A DNA stretch of 64,000 nt from Botryllus schlosseri (GCA_051294905.1 CM119372.1:10788001-10852000), one strand, 5' to 3'. Shown: positions 50,928 through 64,000, counted from the stretch's first letter. The notes: generated from the letters alone by a model not told the origin. Numbers and translations are program-made.

Positions 50928-53648
50928 AAAAATAACGTGTGAATAAGTAATTGTGAGCCAGTGTAATCTATTCTCTCGTGTTACATTCGTCACAATGTAA
51001 CCATGGCGTTACTTTGTTTTTTATTGCCAAATTCAAATTTTCATTCTGGCTAAACGCAATATATATACACCTGTGATGGGCAGAGTGCTCATTCCATGAT
51101 GAATCTTCTTCGGTGATTGGACCAGAATATCTACGGAGAACATTTGTTAGAAATATAGGATCTGTAACACATTTCGAGGAACAGCAATGTATTTTTTTAG
51201 ACCCACGTGTCATCCGACAGGATAATTGTTCAATTTGACAACTATATGTCTCACTAACGGGTGAGATAGCGTGCTAAGGTGTACATTGTGCACCTAATCC
51301 AATCCGCTTTGAGTAATAAAAGGAGGAATATATTTTCCTGTCTACGACGCGTCAAATGCCATATGGAATTGGAATACGGGAGCAATTTGCGAATTACACG
51401 CATTTCCCTAAGGATTTAGATAGGAAAGCAATACTATAATGGTTGACATGAAATTGAGATGTTCAAATATAATATTTATCTCAAATTTAATTTTTATTAA
51501 AATGTACGGATCCTATAATCATCTTGTCATCGTGCTATTATCCCGAGCGAAAGCTGCCAACACACAACAGCTTTGCGTCGACGAATAAAGTTGAACTTGA
51601 CTTGCACCTTGAACAAAGTTATTAAGATGCCATGAATTCGATTGACTTCTGTCGAGTGCTATATTTATCTTTCATTGCCGTATACCATTTATGCATAGCT
51701 GATGTGCTATCAACAGGATGTCGTAACACAAATACAAAATTATTTATACTCGCAACGATGATAGACTACTGCATATTATAAAGAGGCGATGCCCACGATA
51801 TTATACTTCCTGCAAACAAAACTTGACATCTCATTGTAAACCCGTAAAATATTCGCAATAATATTTCTAGATTTACAACCGAAAAGAGGCAGATATGGCA
51901 CGTTCAGTCCACAATAAAGCAGAAGAATCCTATATCAATCAGCCGATAAAATATCAATGAAAATATGCTTGCTGGAACAGCACGATATCGTACCACAGCG
52001 CTCAGCAGATTGTCACCTGTTTTGCAAGTGTTGTAATGTTAAATCGGCGGAATGTGTGAATGTGGAATTTTATTTTTATACGTGATTCCAAACCGCAACT
52101 TTTATTCCACCACATTTAAGTTAACTGTATTAGGAAGGGGTCAATTTGTTTACAAAATACTTTACAATACAAGGTGGACTCGCCAAGTGGGTATGGTAGA
52201 CGTCAAGGAGTTGTCAATATTTTGTTTTGCACGATCGAATACGGAATGATACCCCACTTTACTATGAAAATATTTTGAAGAACAATTTAAAACAAATCGT
52301 ATTATGTAGCCTCAATTAATTACCTCTGAATAGGTCAAGACGTGCCTGGCAGAAAAACAACATAATAAAGCCCTATTTTGTGTACGTAATCTCTGATGTC
52401 GCGGTAAATGCATTTCGTGTTGAATTAGAACATGCGCATGATTTAACGAGGCACGCCCAAAAATGGAAACTCTCAGCGGGTACAACGATATCGAGTTCCT
52501 TCGTTTTAATTTGTAACTACAGGATTACGAGCAAGGAATTTTGCGTTGCACGCATACCCTATATGTGGTTGCGCCTCCGTGTGTGGTAACACTGCGGTAA
52601 TGCGTCCTGCTACAGTCGCTTGTAGTTTCATCACTGAGGTTTACAGAATGATTTGTTTTGTTTTTATTGCAATTAAAGCTTAGTTGGCTTCCTCGAAAAC
52701 ACGGTCTGAAGTTCAATCTGTCCTTCGTTTCATTTTGAACCAAGAAAATCCTTTATTTTCGGTTGTCCGCTGGGAAGCAGGTGAAGCAGCAGGCAATTCT
52801 CGATCGTAAAGGAACGAGAGTGGCAAATTCGTGATGATTTATGTTCGCAAAATGAGACTAAGAATGATCGCGCCACCTGCTTCGTGTTGTTATTAATACA
52901 GCACTTCGCAGACCATAAACGGAAGATTAGACTTGATCCCGTAGATTATGTAAATCTTTATCTCACAAATATATCAACAGAAAAGAAGGCACGCACCGGA
53001 AGTAATTGTGGCACAGCGTACCACATGGCCAAAATTATAGGTGGAGTTGCGTGTTTGTTCGGTCACGTACGAATGTGAAGCTATAGTCCCACTTGAATTT
53101 GAGCATTTGAACCACAGTGCCAAAGTGCTGGGACTGCATGATTTTCAACTTATAACTATTCATTAAATGTACTAATAGATTAGAGGTTTACATTCAGAGC
53201 AACATTGCCATATTGTCGTTGTTTTGCGGCATTCGTTGTGTTTTTTCGACTACAATCGTTATTTACACCGTTGCTTTCAACTTGACGCAGGGCCCACTTC
53301 TGGGCTTTTGTAGGTATCCATGGTGTTTCATGTAACATGGTCATTTACGTCAGGCTGGATAGTAATAACGATGATAACTTTACAGCTATGATGACCCGTG
53401 AGTGTCTATTGCTCTATACTTTACAACGTCCCCGGACAGCAACAAAGTTCCGTTAACGCGTATTAAATGATATTATATTTGATGAAATAAAGATATCAAT
53501 CCTATATATTAACCTTTGTCCATTTGGTGAACTAAATAATACACATATGGCTACGTATGAAACCAGGAACTGAAATGCGAATCGAAATTACCGCTAATCT
53601 CCAACTTTCTCGACATTATATCTTTGCAAGTGCGCTATAGTACCGCAA

Positions 53649-56600
53649 TCAGAGTCGAGATTGAGATCCCCCAGCTACAACAATTGTTTCGCCACTGATG
53701 AATGAGGCCTCGTGTGATGACAGGAAAGAAACAATGCCGGCGCACTCTTCCGGCTCTCCAGGTCGATTCATCGGGATACCGTCTGTCGCTGTCTTCAGTG
53801 CAGCTGGCGAACTTCTCAGAGCCTCACTGAACCTTGTCTTAATGAGGCCCGGAGCCACTGCATTTACCCTGATGTTCGATGGAGCAAGTTCAGTTGAGAG
53901 TGCCTTCGTCATTCCGAGCAGAGCTGTTTTGCTAACAGAGTATGCCCCCAACACCGAGCTCGGGGAATATCCAGCAATCGAAGTTACCATGGTAATCGAA
54001 CCTTGTCCTCGCTCCTCCAAGTATGGCACGACCTCCTTGATCAGCATGAAAGCGGCTTTCACGTTGATTTCCATGATTTTATCGAATGCCCTTTCGGGCG
54101 TGTGGATGAATGGTCCGAAATACGGGTTGACTGCCGCGTTCGAAACGAGGATGTCCACGCCACCGAATTCCGAGACAGCCTGTTATGAAAATAATCGAAT
54201 GCCGTCGCCATTTCTTGTAGTTGCAGGTTGTTCCTTGACTTATCGAATTTAGCGTTGAATGTAGTTTTGCAGTTAAAACAAAAATCAATTCAAAACAAAC
54301 ACGTCTAACACGGCCCCAATTGTTTAAAACAGGGGTCGCCAACTCCAAACGGGTCGCGGGCCACTTTTCAAATTTCGTAGAGGTTGTTGTTATTGTTGTT
54401 TGTGATATTTATGGTGTTTGTCGACTACGGTGGTCATTTACACCAGGTCAATTCTCTTCCTTTTTTATTCCGTAGCTGCCGACTTGTAGCACGGCCCACT
54501 TCCAGGCTTTTATAAGACACCGCTTACATTACAGGGATGAGATGGCAGGAGAAGCCTAGGAATTCTGGAGTCGACCTAGATCGGATTCGAGCCCGCAACC
54601 CATTGGTGTTGCAGCTGTGGATTATACCACTCCGCTATCTCGCCACATTTCGTAGAGGTCGCGGGCCGCAAGAATTCAATATCGAGACAAAATAGACGGC
54701 GCAGTTTCGCAACAACGCTTTAGAACTTCACATCAGTACAAAGTTGTGCTCTTTAACATGGAAGACGGCCATAGTTACAGCAAAAGAAGTATTATATAAA
54801 AGAAATACAAATACGACAATAATGTATATATGAGAACCTTGATTTTATTTTGAACTATGATCTGCGCACGATACCTAACAACGCTGTCCAGCTACCAAGG
54901 GATATTGAGGCGTTATTAAAGGGTGATCTCATGGGGATGCCCTAAGCCGTTTTCGAAGCGTCTCGGTCTTGGCAGTGTCTGGGCCATTGCACGTCAAGGC
55001 AATATGTGCGCAGTCACATCAACTGATTCTCTCTCGATGGAATGCTGTTGTTATCGCCGAAGCCGATTCAGATGGTGAGGAGTAGTGATGCTGGACCCAA
55101 GAAAATAGCATATTTTGAAACAACGATAACATCAATAACAATATTTTGAAACTGAAATCAATGTCAGCATTGCAAAACGCGTTCTTACGAAATCTCAAAT
55201 CTGACATGTGGGCTGCAAATTATAACCTCGCGGGCCCCTGGTTTGAAACACGTTATTTTTAGCCATGCAGTGTGTGCAACAGTTTAGGGTAAGTGGGATC
55301 ATATCTATCGATTGATACAAAGTGTTTTAAAACACTTATTTTAAATGCAATGTATGGATTCATAATTTTGTGAAAATTTTATGGTATGCAAAGTCATTTA
55401 TTCATTGCTTGGTATATATTAGCGTGTTAGTCATGGTGCTCCGACTTCTATGCGCAGGGCTGTTCAAAAATAACTTTTTTATCCAGATTCCAGCCATTCA
55501 CTGATTAAATTGTCAGGTTACCCTAAAAAACGCTGCACACCAAATTTGGTTCGATTCTAACAAGTATAGGACTCCGCAGATCCAATTACAATTTTTAATT
55601 TATTATGGAAAATTGAAAAAAACAATTTCCAAATTTTTTTGCCAACCCCATGAAATTGTTGAGCTGTCTTCAAAGACGTTGCAAAACAAATTTGAGTCAA
55701 TTCCGACCAATAGAAGCGGAGTTATGTGAATTTTTTCGATGATAATCCTCGGATTATCCTTGATCAATGGATAATCCGCGATTTATCAACGAAAAACTCA
55801 CATAACTCCGCTTCTACTGGTCGGAATTGACTCAAATTTGTTTTCCAACGTCTTTGAAGACAGCTCAGCAATTTCATGGGGTTGGCAGAAAAATTTGGAA
55901 ATTTTATTTTTCAATTTTCCATAATAAATTAAAAATTTTAATTGGATCTGCGGAGTCCTATACTTGTTAGAATCGAACCAAATTTGGTGTGCAGCGTTTT
56001 TTAGGGTAACCTGACAATTTAATCAGTGAATGGCTGGAATCCGGGTAAAAAAGTTATTTTTGAACAGCCCAATGCGCAATGCTTATACAATACACCGAGC
56101 CTGTCGACGGGATTATTGATTATATGGGCCCACAGCCCGGTTTGTTTCAATTACCATTTAATACCGGATTCACGACGGCGACATTTGTGGAGGTGTGAAA
56201 CATGAGTAAGTGCTTCACTTCCAGATGCTCTGCAGGCCAATGAATGATTTCGACTCATGATAACATGGAAAGAAATTGAAGATGCGGTGGGACTGCGTAA
56301 TGAGCAGGCCTGATCTCTATAATGTCGTGCGGCACGCTAGCATGCTTCAGAAGATAGCTCCGTTCAATACGAGTCATGATTAAACAATATGTTTCGAAAC
56401 ACCAATGCGATGGTTATTGTTCACTTAGGAGAGGGGGAACGCCATGATATACAACAAACCTTCGCCACCAATGCCCGACGATGGTCGGCGTTTCCGACAT
56501 GGCACACAACTCCGCAGACTGATAAATCTTCATTTTTCAGGTTTTCTACGGCCCTGTCGACGTTTATCTGCTTTCTACTACTGATAACAACTTTCGCTCC

Positions 56601-56687
56601 ATCCTGTGCCAGTTTGCGCGCGATAGCATAGCCTATTCCTTCCGTAGACGCAGTGACAATCGCTACCTTGCCATCTAACTTTCCCAT
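53649..56687 (-). CDS. DHRS4: Dehydrogenase/reductase SDR family member 4-like, 252 aa; coding exons 56687-56460 and 54179-53649
   Basis: [13 protein letters not shown] cofactor motif, [16 protein letters not shown] catalytic Yxxx[15 protein letters not shown]-terminal SRL (PTS1). Splice AAG|gtttgt ... ataacag|GCT, phase 0. Confidence 0.95.
54381..54646 (-). mobile_element. tRNA-derived SINE, family 2, in the DHRS4 intron
   Basis: Reverse complement GGCGAGATAGCGGAGTGG...GGGCTCGAATCC with a CAA/TAA-rich tail; a 3' fragment also at about 53215-53310. Confidence 0.7.
55457..56070. mobile_element. Foldback-type MITE (about 290-bp inverted arms) in the DHRS4 intron
   Basis: gggctgttcaaaaataact ... 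agttatttttgaacagccc; near-perfect self-complementarity; flanks TATGCGCA/AATGCGCA. Confidence 0.88.
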
Positions 56688-59027
56688 TCTTGATGGTCGA
56701 CATGAAATGAAGAGATTATGGTAGCCGTTCCAGTAATAGCGAGTAGCGGACGAGACAACTGCTTCATGTTAATCATTAACCGGTAACAACGCACCAAGAG
56801 TTCTGTACTCTTCAAATTAGCAGCGAATGAATTGTGTATGCGAACGTCAATGTCATTGCAACCACGAAGAAACGCGGGGTTTAGTAGTGTCAATTAACAT
56901 AATGCAGTCAGCTTTCTCAAACACCCATGAAACCGCATCGCGTGACTATGAACAATCGCCCGTTTCCAGTCTTCCTGGAAAAGGGTCCGGATGTCAATTC
57001 TGGACCACGAAACGGCACTATGTGCTCTAACGAGGAGAGTGAAATATTGGTGACTATTGACCAGTCGCTTAGAGTAGATACCTGTTCTTTGATATCTTTA
57101 ATTCGGATTTAGTCGAGCTGCCAATTTGTACAGTTGACCAGCAATACGCGTCGCCCCTTCTTGGCAAATATGTGACAATAGTCATCTTACATCTGGGATG
57201 TTCATTACTGACAATTTAGTTCACACGCAAAGCACATAGGGAAGAAACTATAAAAAGAGCAATTAACTTTAAAGCGAAAAGGAATCAATGATGAAACTAA
57301 TTCTTTTCGATTCTCAAGGCGAACCAACGTGAGCGAAACTTTCGGTTGAAAAATAGATTTGTTAAGTGCGTATAAAATGCCTTTTGTATCAGAGAATTTC
57401 AAGGATAGGTTCCGGTGACGTGGAAAACGGGTAAACGATAGCAAAGTTGGGTGAGGGACACAAAACATCTGCATCGCATTCTGAGCAATTGCGAATCTTC
57501 CCACTATATAATCTTCCATGTTGTTATTGTTGTTATTGCGGCTGTTATTGTTACGACATTATGATGTTTCAAGTGTCTAGTTAAAGCGCGGCTCGCGTTT
57601 TCTGTATATTATCAACTACTCACGTCGCTACACTACACTACACTACTACATTAGCCTAGATTGGTAAATTAATATTGATATCCACGTAAGAGTGGTGATG
57701 TCATATGTCGATCATCACAAGGTGCGATTTCATTAGGCCGAAAGCAATGCAATTGCTCGCTCTCGACGGCTCAGCACTCCAAAATAAGCAGTTAACGCAA
57801 TGACCTTTTTGGTATGCACTGGAACGTTTTCACTTTCCAGTTTTGCACACATTTTGAATGAAGTGTGAATTATATTATGCACAATAACACATTGCTCCAT
57901 AAGCAAGACTATTCTAATAGTTCCGCGCAGGGACTCTGTGCGCCTTCTGACGCATTCAGTGACATATTGGGTTGTCGGTTTCATTTAAACGGCGTTTGGT
58001 ACTCATAGAGTTCACTACGTTCGTTAACAGGATTTATAAGTCGACAAAACTCTCAATTACCAATCGAAGGCAACGATATTTATTACGGATTTTGACGTAC
58101 GCCGCTGCAGGTTTTTGGAGAATTGTATGCTTCTCTTCGAAGATGTATTTCAAACTTGGAAGATACAGGCGTCATCTCTTCGACAAGACGATTTCGTTGG
58201 TACCGTGTTAAACCCTTAATAGCACTAAATGGCATAGTTATCAAGAAATTACAAACGATCTGAATAAACGTCGCCCGAAGGCTTACTTTACTTTCGTGCA
58301 CACGGCAAACGCAAACGATAATCTTATAAAGGTAACCTCCAACTAGGCTATAGCCCTAAAAGCCCTGACCAATTACTTGACATTACGTCACCGAAGTGGT
58401 ATAAATTACAGCAGCTCATAATGACTTTTGAGATATGGCATAACAATAAATGAATAGCATTTAGTGTTTAATTACACAGTATTAACCCTCGGCGATTGGC
58501 AGTCAGAGATCTATCGAGAAGATGATTACATTAGTAAGCCATGAACCAGCCTTCACTCAGTTCCTTCAACGAGGGTTCTCGAACTAATCTCATGATGTAA
58601 TAAAAAAGCAGATGTCACCACGGTAACGGACGCGTTCCCGCAAAACATGAGCATTGAGCATGACGTTAAGTCGCAGGTACATTTGACATCAAATCAATGT
58701 CAAAGCTCAATTTCAATTCGACATAATCAAACCATATTCAAGGGGTGGCAAGTTTACTACGCCTTAGTTAGTTCATATGGTCGATGCATATGCCGGGCTA
58801 TATGTTCCAGAAGACAACAAATTAAAAACATAATTATGGTACTGTTGTGTTTCTGCAATATGCATACATATTGACATTGTCACCCTTGTCTGATCACCGC
58901 CATTGTAATTACAAGCACGACAGGTAAATTGTTGGCCATTTTTCAATAGCAAAGCCATGTCATTATGATGTTCACGTCAAAACTACAACTCAAGTCAAGA
59001 ATAGCTAATAATATACCGGGTATCCAT

Positions 59028-59691
59028 TAGGGCTCTTCAAAAATGACTTTTTTTCTCAAATCGTACTGGCTACTTGATAAAATTGTTAGGTTACCTCATT
59101 TAAGCCTACACACAAAATTTGGTTCAATTCCAGCCAGTAACCGCTTTGCTACAGGAGAAGAAAGTTTCTATTTATTATATAAAAATAATAATAGAAAAAT
59201 TTGAAAATTTTCTGTCCACCCCATGAAAGTGTTAGGCTGTCTATAGAAACGATGCTCACCAAATATGGTTCAATTCCAACCAGTGGAAGCGGAGTTATTT
59301 CCGTCGAAAACTTTTGATTTGAATAAAATAGTATTTACGGTGAGCACAACTATAATAAATAAACAAAGAATCGGTCACCGTAAATACTATTTTATTCAAA
59401 TACGAATTTTTCGACGGCAATAACTCTGCTTCCACTGGTTGGAATTGAACCAAATTTGGTGAGCATCGTTACTATAGACAGCCTAACACGTTCATGGGGT
59501 GAACAGAAAATTTTCTAATTTTTTATCATTTATTTTTATATAATAAATAGAAACTTTCTTCTCCTGTAGCAAAGCGGTTACTGGCAGGAATTGAACCAAA
59601 ATTTGTGTGTAGGCTTAAATTAGGTAACCTAACAATTTTATCAAGTAGCCAATACGATTTGAGAAAAAAAAGTCATTTTTGAAGAGCCCTA
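59028..59691. mobile_element. Foldback-type hAT MITE (about 315-bp inverted arms)
   Basis: TIR TAGGGCTCTTCAAAAATGACT; perfect TSD GTATCCAT at 59020-59027 and 59692-59699. Confidence 0.92.
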
Positions 59692-60089
59692 GTATCCATA
59701 TCCAACAATGATAGAAAGTACCACGCTGAACGAGAGCGACGCAGACAACAAGTCTATTTATCAGAGTCAGAGGTAATCACGATACCCGTGGTATGGTAAC
59801 GGCATTTGTGTATATTATAAACAAGCCCATGCAGTTTTATTTAACATATGACGTCAGCACATAGTTCATTTGGGATTACTTATATGTTAGCTAACAAAGT
59901 AGTCGGTTGATACCAATAAATATGTAAACCAATAATATGTTTGGGACAAACCTGCGAGATCGGTGATTAAATGTGTTTAACGCCGTTCGATACTAATCCG
60001 GTATAGGTGTCACGATCAGGTCGATTTGACAGAAACGCAACAACGGCATACTTAATCCGATACAGAAAGTGTCAAGGTGTCGGAATAAT

Positions 60090-60893
60090 ACCCCCGTTTC
60101 TTTAACTCCATGCGGCGATGTGGGATTTCAGGGGGTCCGCGAAACCTCCAAATTTGCAAAATGTGTGTCAACCTAATTTCCAATTTCTTTTAGTTAGAGA
60201 AATCACGAAACAGCAGTTTCATTTCATAACTGCTAAAACTTAAAGGACTCACGTAAACAGAATGGCCGTCTAAGATGCAATATTCTACCGTGCAAACTCA
60301 TTTTAATCGCCAAATTGCCTATAGCCTATACTGATACCAACATATTGCTGTGTAAAGATGTTTTGTTGAGGTTTCGGAATAAATTCGGCTGTTAAAAAAT
60401 CCATTTTCTCCTGTGATATACATAGCCGCTATTCCAGAATAACTTCAAGATGAGCTGCTACATAGAAATGACTAGGCTGGACCGGGGCCTACGATATCGT
60501 AGGCCCCGGATAGACGTTATATTGGTGCCATGTATGTTGCGGTCAGACCCAAACGTGTCGTCGGAAGAGTTACGCGTTATTATTACATTCGCCACCACCT
60601 ATATCTTTGTGGAAATTAATGTATTTTCGGCACTCGCTCATGTCAAATCGATTGGTCGGATTTTCGAGACACGGCAGTGTATTTCAAGAAATGCAGCCAC
60701 AGAATTCGCTTTGAAATAATAAACGCCTTCCTAATTTCTAGATATATAGTATGATATTAATTTCAAAAAAGACAGATGACGGTTGCACGGTAATAGAGCT
60801 AAATTCGAACTAAAACATGGGGGTCCGCGAGAGTGCGGGAGTTCGTTACGGTCCGAAGCGGGTCCGCGAAGACAAAAAGGTTCAGAACCACTG
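60090..60893. mobile_element. hAT Charlie-like element with GGGTCCGCGA subterminal repeats
   Basis: Right end ggttcagaaccactg at 60893; left end degenerate. Confidence 0.45.
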
Positions 60894-61199
60894 GTCTTTA
60901 CACAACACATACAAATTCCAAGTATATAGCTGATGATGATCAAGTACAAGTAGAATTAACGATTTCCAAGACATGCGAAAACGACTTCAAATAGAGACCG
61001 AGCGGCCTGAAAATTACGCAAGTAAGTCGATTGAAGCAGTGATTCCCAACCTTTTTGACCTCGCGGACCGGTAAAATTTCAAAATAAATGTTGCGAACCG
61101 GTGAACTTTCAAAAATCAAAATTAACCTCAAGTTTAAAACGATCAAGTTGGTGGTCTTTAACAAGACTCTGCGCGCTTCACCTTGCAGAGACTTCAATG

Positions 61200-61521
61200 G
61201 AATCACTGAAGTGTCCATTATATTGCATTTGAATTATATACATTTGTCGTTATTAAAGAAATGTTACTTTGCATGATTATTGATGGCGCAAATGTACCGA
61301 CTTTTCGGAATTATATTTCATGACTGTGATACAGGAGCTATATCGTGATGTAAAGCAATCGAAACACCATTGACTATACTTGAATAAATACAAAATGTAA
61401 AAACTAAGGGAAGTTTGTAGTGGTATAAAACATAAATAATTGAGTGAGTTAGCGCCGGTATGCAAACATTGCTTGAGAACTCTGTGAAAAGATAGAAAAC
61501 CATCGTTACTGACCTACTCTG
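61200..61521 (-). mobile_element. Degenerate CAGAGGTGGTCA/CTACTT MITE
   Basis: actgtgatacaggagctat core and terminus cgttactgacctactctg. Confidence 0.5.
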
Positions 61522-64000
61522 CGTAAAACTACACTGAATACTTTAAAGAACCGGGTGGAATATATTATCGTGATCGCTTGACAAAATATTTTACAACTGC
61601 ATCATTACCTGATATAAAGCTGATGTAATTTCGAGAAGAACAGTGCTCGGGTAAGAGTCGTACGGAAAAACAGACGATAGTCGTAGCTGCGAAATTGACC
61701 ATTATCACGATCTGTCTCGAACGATTGGGATAATTGCGTCGGTACTTTGTGTTCATTACGTCTCGGCTTTTAGCCCATTTAGTGACTTGTTTTGGTTACT
61801 ATAATTCGAATTTTATTCCGACACTGGATAATAGTCTTTAACCCCGGAGCCTTTTACCGTAGGTAATGAGGCCTAACATTGAAGCTCCGAAGGTAAATTG
61901 GTCTCTTAAAAACTTCGGGATCGCGTCTCGAACTTGATTGAAAAATCTAACCTTTTCAAGGAGAAGAATCATTACCGAAGTATGACGCATCGAGGATGAC
62001 AATTCATGGCCTCGAAGTGGTACGATCTATATATTACTTTCCGCACTACACTCGTGACAGTTTTAGGGCAGATAGTTTGAGTAATTATAATTATCCTACC
62101 GCCATGATATCAAGAGATTGGCGGCGTTGATTGCAAAATCTTGTAGTTCGACGAACTCGGTGTATTTTTTATAATGTAGATGGTCGTCAGGTAATCGACA
62201 TCTATGCGAGGATGCTACGTGAGCCAGTCGTTTGCTTCAACTGAAAAATTGTGAATCATAAATGTCATGATACATGCGATACACGGCCCGCTGTTACTAT
62301 AGGAACGTTTACGTGAGACATGAAACGTAATAAGACGATTTAAAGGATTGCAGACTATACAATATGTTCCGATTCCGTGTATTCTATCAACTGATTTCGA
62401 TCGAAATATGGTATAGGACCCCATGAATCGCATACATTTACTATTTATAGAACTTATTTACATATGCGCCAAACCTTTCGGTCACTTTGAACTGTAAATT
62501 TTAACAACCGAGGAGAGATTTTTGCATGCAGAATTTGAGTAGCATATTCATAGCGCGTGACAAACGCGTGAATGCACTTAAGTGAAAATTGCATTAATTA
62601 CAATTATCCCACATTGTAATTGTAGCTGAGGAAAAAACTTATTCGTGTTTGATGTGATTGCAATTGCGGATTTACGATTGTAATTGTAAAGTAATTGGCC
62701 TCTAAATCGTGTAATTTTTGTAACTCTGTAGTAGAGGGTGTCAGAAGAATTTAGTAGAAATCGATATGTGATGCATGAAATTCTATGGATTAGATCGCAT
62801 CCAGTAAGTTCAATTTAAAGTGCGAATTTACAAAAATGATGATTAAATACAAAAGAAAAGATATTGTCGCTTTTCACATTATTGTCTTTTGCGTCCGAGC
62901 AGCGTCAGCGTGTAGGCATAGCTAGTTAGTTAGCGTGTTACGCATAGTATAATCCACAACACAATATTGTGCAATAATTGGCAGACTGAGAGAATGATAC
63001 AAAAGCAGGCTTACATGATCGTAATAGTTTGAGCCGGATTTTCATTAGTTTTTCTCACTTCACATTCTTTTATGAGTTACTGAGTATTCATATATATTAA
63101 ATTACGAAGTAAATCGACATCTAAAGAAGGACAATCGAAGAATATATATCATTGACTCTTTATCGAGGCCAAATGTGACCGGTGGTTAACTACAGATTAT
63201 AGTGTGATCTGGATTTTTGAGACGGAAACACGAGAATGCGATCGGAATTGTGCATAGCTGACAAGAATATTGAAATCAAGATCTATCGCAATTCGTTTTT
63301 TAGAAAATAGCACATACATAACCGGTTCGCTGCACAAACAAACACTAACTGGACGAATTCAAAACCAACAAGCACAAAATCACCGCATAAAAATGGTTAC
63401 ATACATGACAGGAAATGGTTTGCTTTATTTATACGGATTAAATGCGACGTTAAAGTTGAACCGTAATTCTCAGATTGATTGCAGCAAAATAGCAAGCCAA
63501 GTGGAAAGAATGGAAAGTAAAGTAAATTCAAGGCACGCGACGGATGAAGCCGAAGATCATCATAACGAAATTCCAGCGAAGCTGTCCAGTGGCCATTACG
63601 AAAGATAAATTAGTGGGTGGCCTTACTTGTAAAATGTTGTGCGCACGCTTGTAAAATTGTTGGAATGTTACAGTCGCGCAAGAGTATACGGTTGAGGAGG
63701 TGAATTCCAGTCGTTCTTTTCAAGTATACTGTTACATATATTATTAATTCATATAATCGTTGTTCACGAGTGGGTTCAATCCGATTAATTTTGGAGGGCC
63801 AGGGATATAAATGCTGCTATTTCGGGCAAGAGACAGAAATATGTACCAGGATAATGCACTCTCGTATACACATAATCCATCAGTGGATAAATTCCAGGGA
63901 TATCTTCTGAAATTAGACTGGCCATAAAGATCCATTTGAGGCGAGTCGTCAATAATTGGAAGATAGCATTCTCTCGGTCAATGGGTGGTAGGTACACGCG

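Noticed and set aside
53698-54252. 184-aa + strand ORF
   Set aside because: Antisense shadow of DHRS4 exon 2; open antisense frames are common in SDR genes.
63270-63608. 112-aa + strand ORF
   Set aside because: Non-ATG start and no recognisable domain; conflicts with minus-strand exon candidates nearby.
1-64000. CRISPR arrays, operons, rRNA or true tRNA genes
   Set aside because: Eukaryotic locus; the CTACTT repeats are MITE subterminal motifs, and the tRNA-like heads belong to SINEs and lack a full cloverleaf with a poly-T terminator.

Overview
Eukaryotic, intron-rich genomic DNA, most likely an invertebrate chordate such as a tunicate. This is an inference from the full MyBP-C architecture, CpG-rich exons and introns as short as about 55-70 bp. 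Two genes are well supported. (1) A myosin-binding protein C gene on + (about 412-33740, 5' end upstream of the window). I hand-spliced it in phase from the M-motif through C2-C10, about 980 aa in the window. (2) A two-coding-exon DHRS4-like peroxisomal short-chain dehydrogenase on - (53649-56687). The standout observation is a pair of tandem, phase-matched, mutually exclusive exons (5035-5203 and 6645-6855) encoding two different C-terminal halves of Ig domain C5. Other MyBP-C features are a candidate 18-nt M-motif micro-exon and tandem donors giving alternative C-termini. Non-coding DNA is dominated by hAT-type MITEs, several with perfect 8-bp TSDs. These include one family concentrated in MyBP-C introns, a nested self-insertion and long foldback elements. 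There are also tRNA-derived SINEs and decayed LINE fragments. All coordinates were counted by eye, no searches were run, and repeat boundaries without a TSD are approximate.
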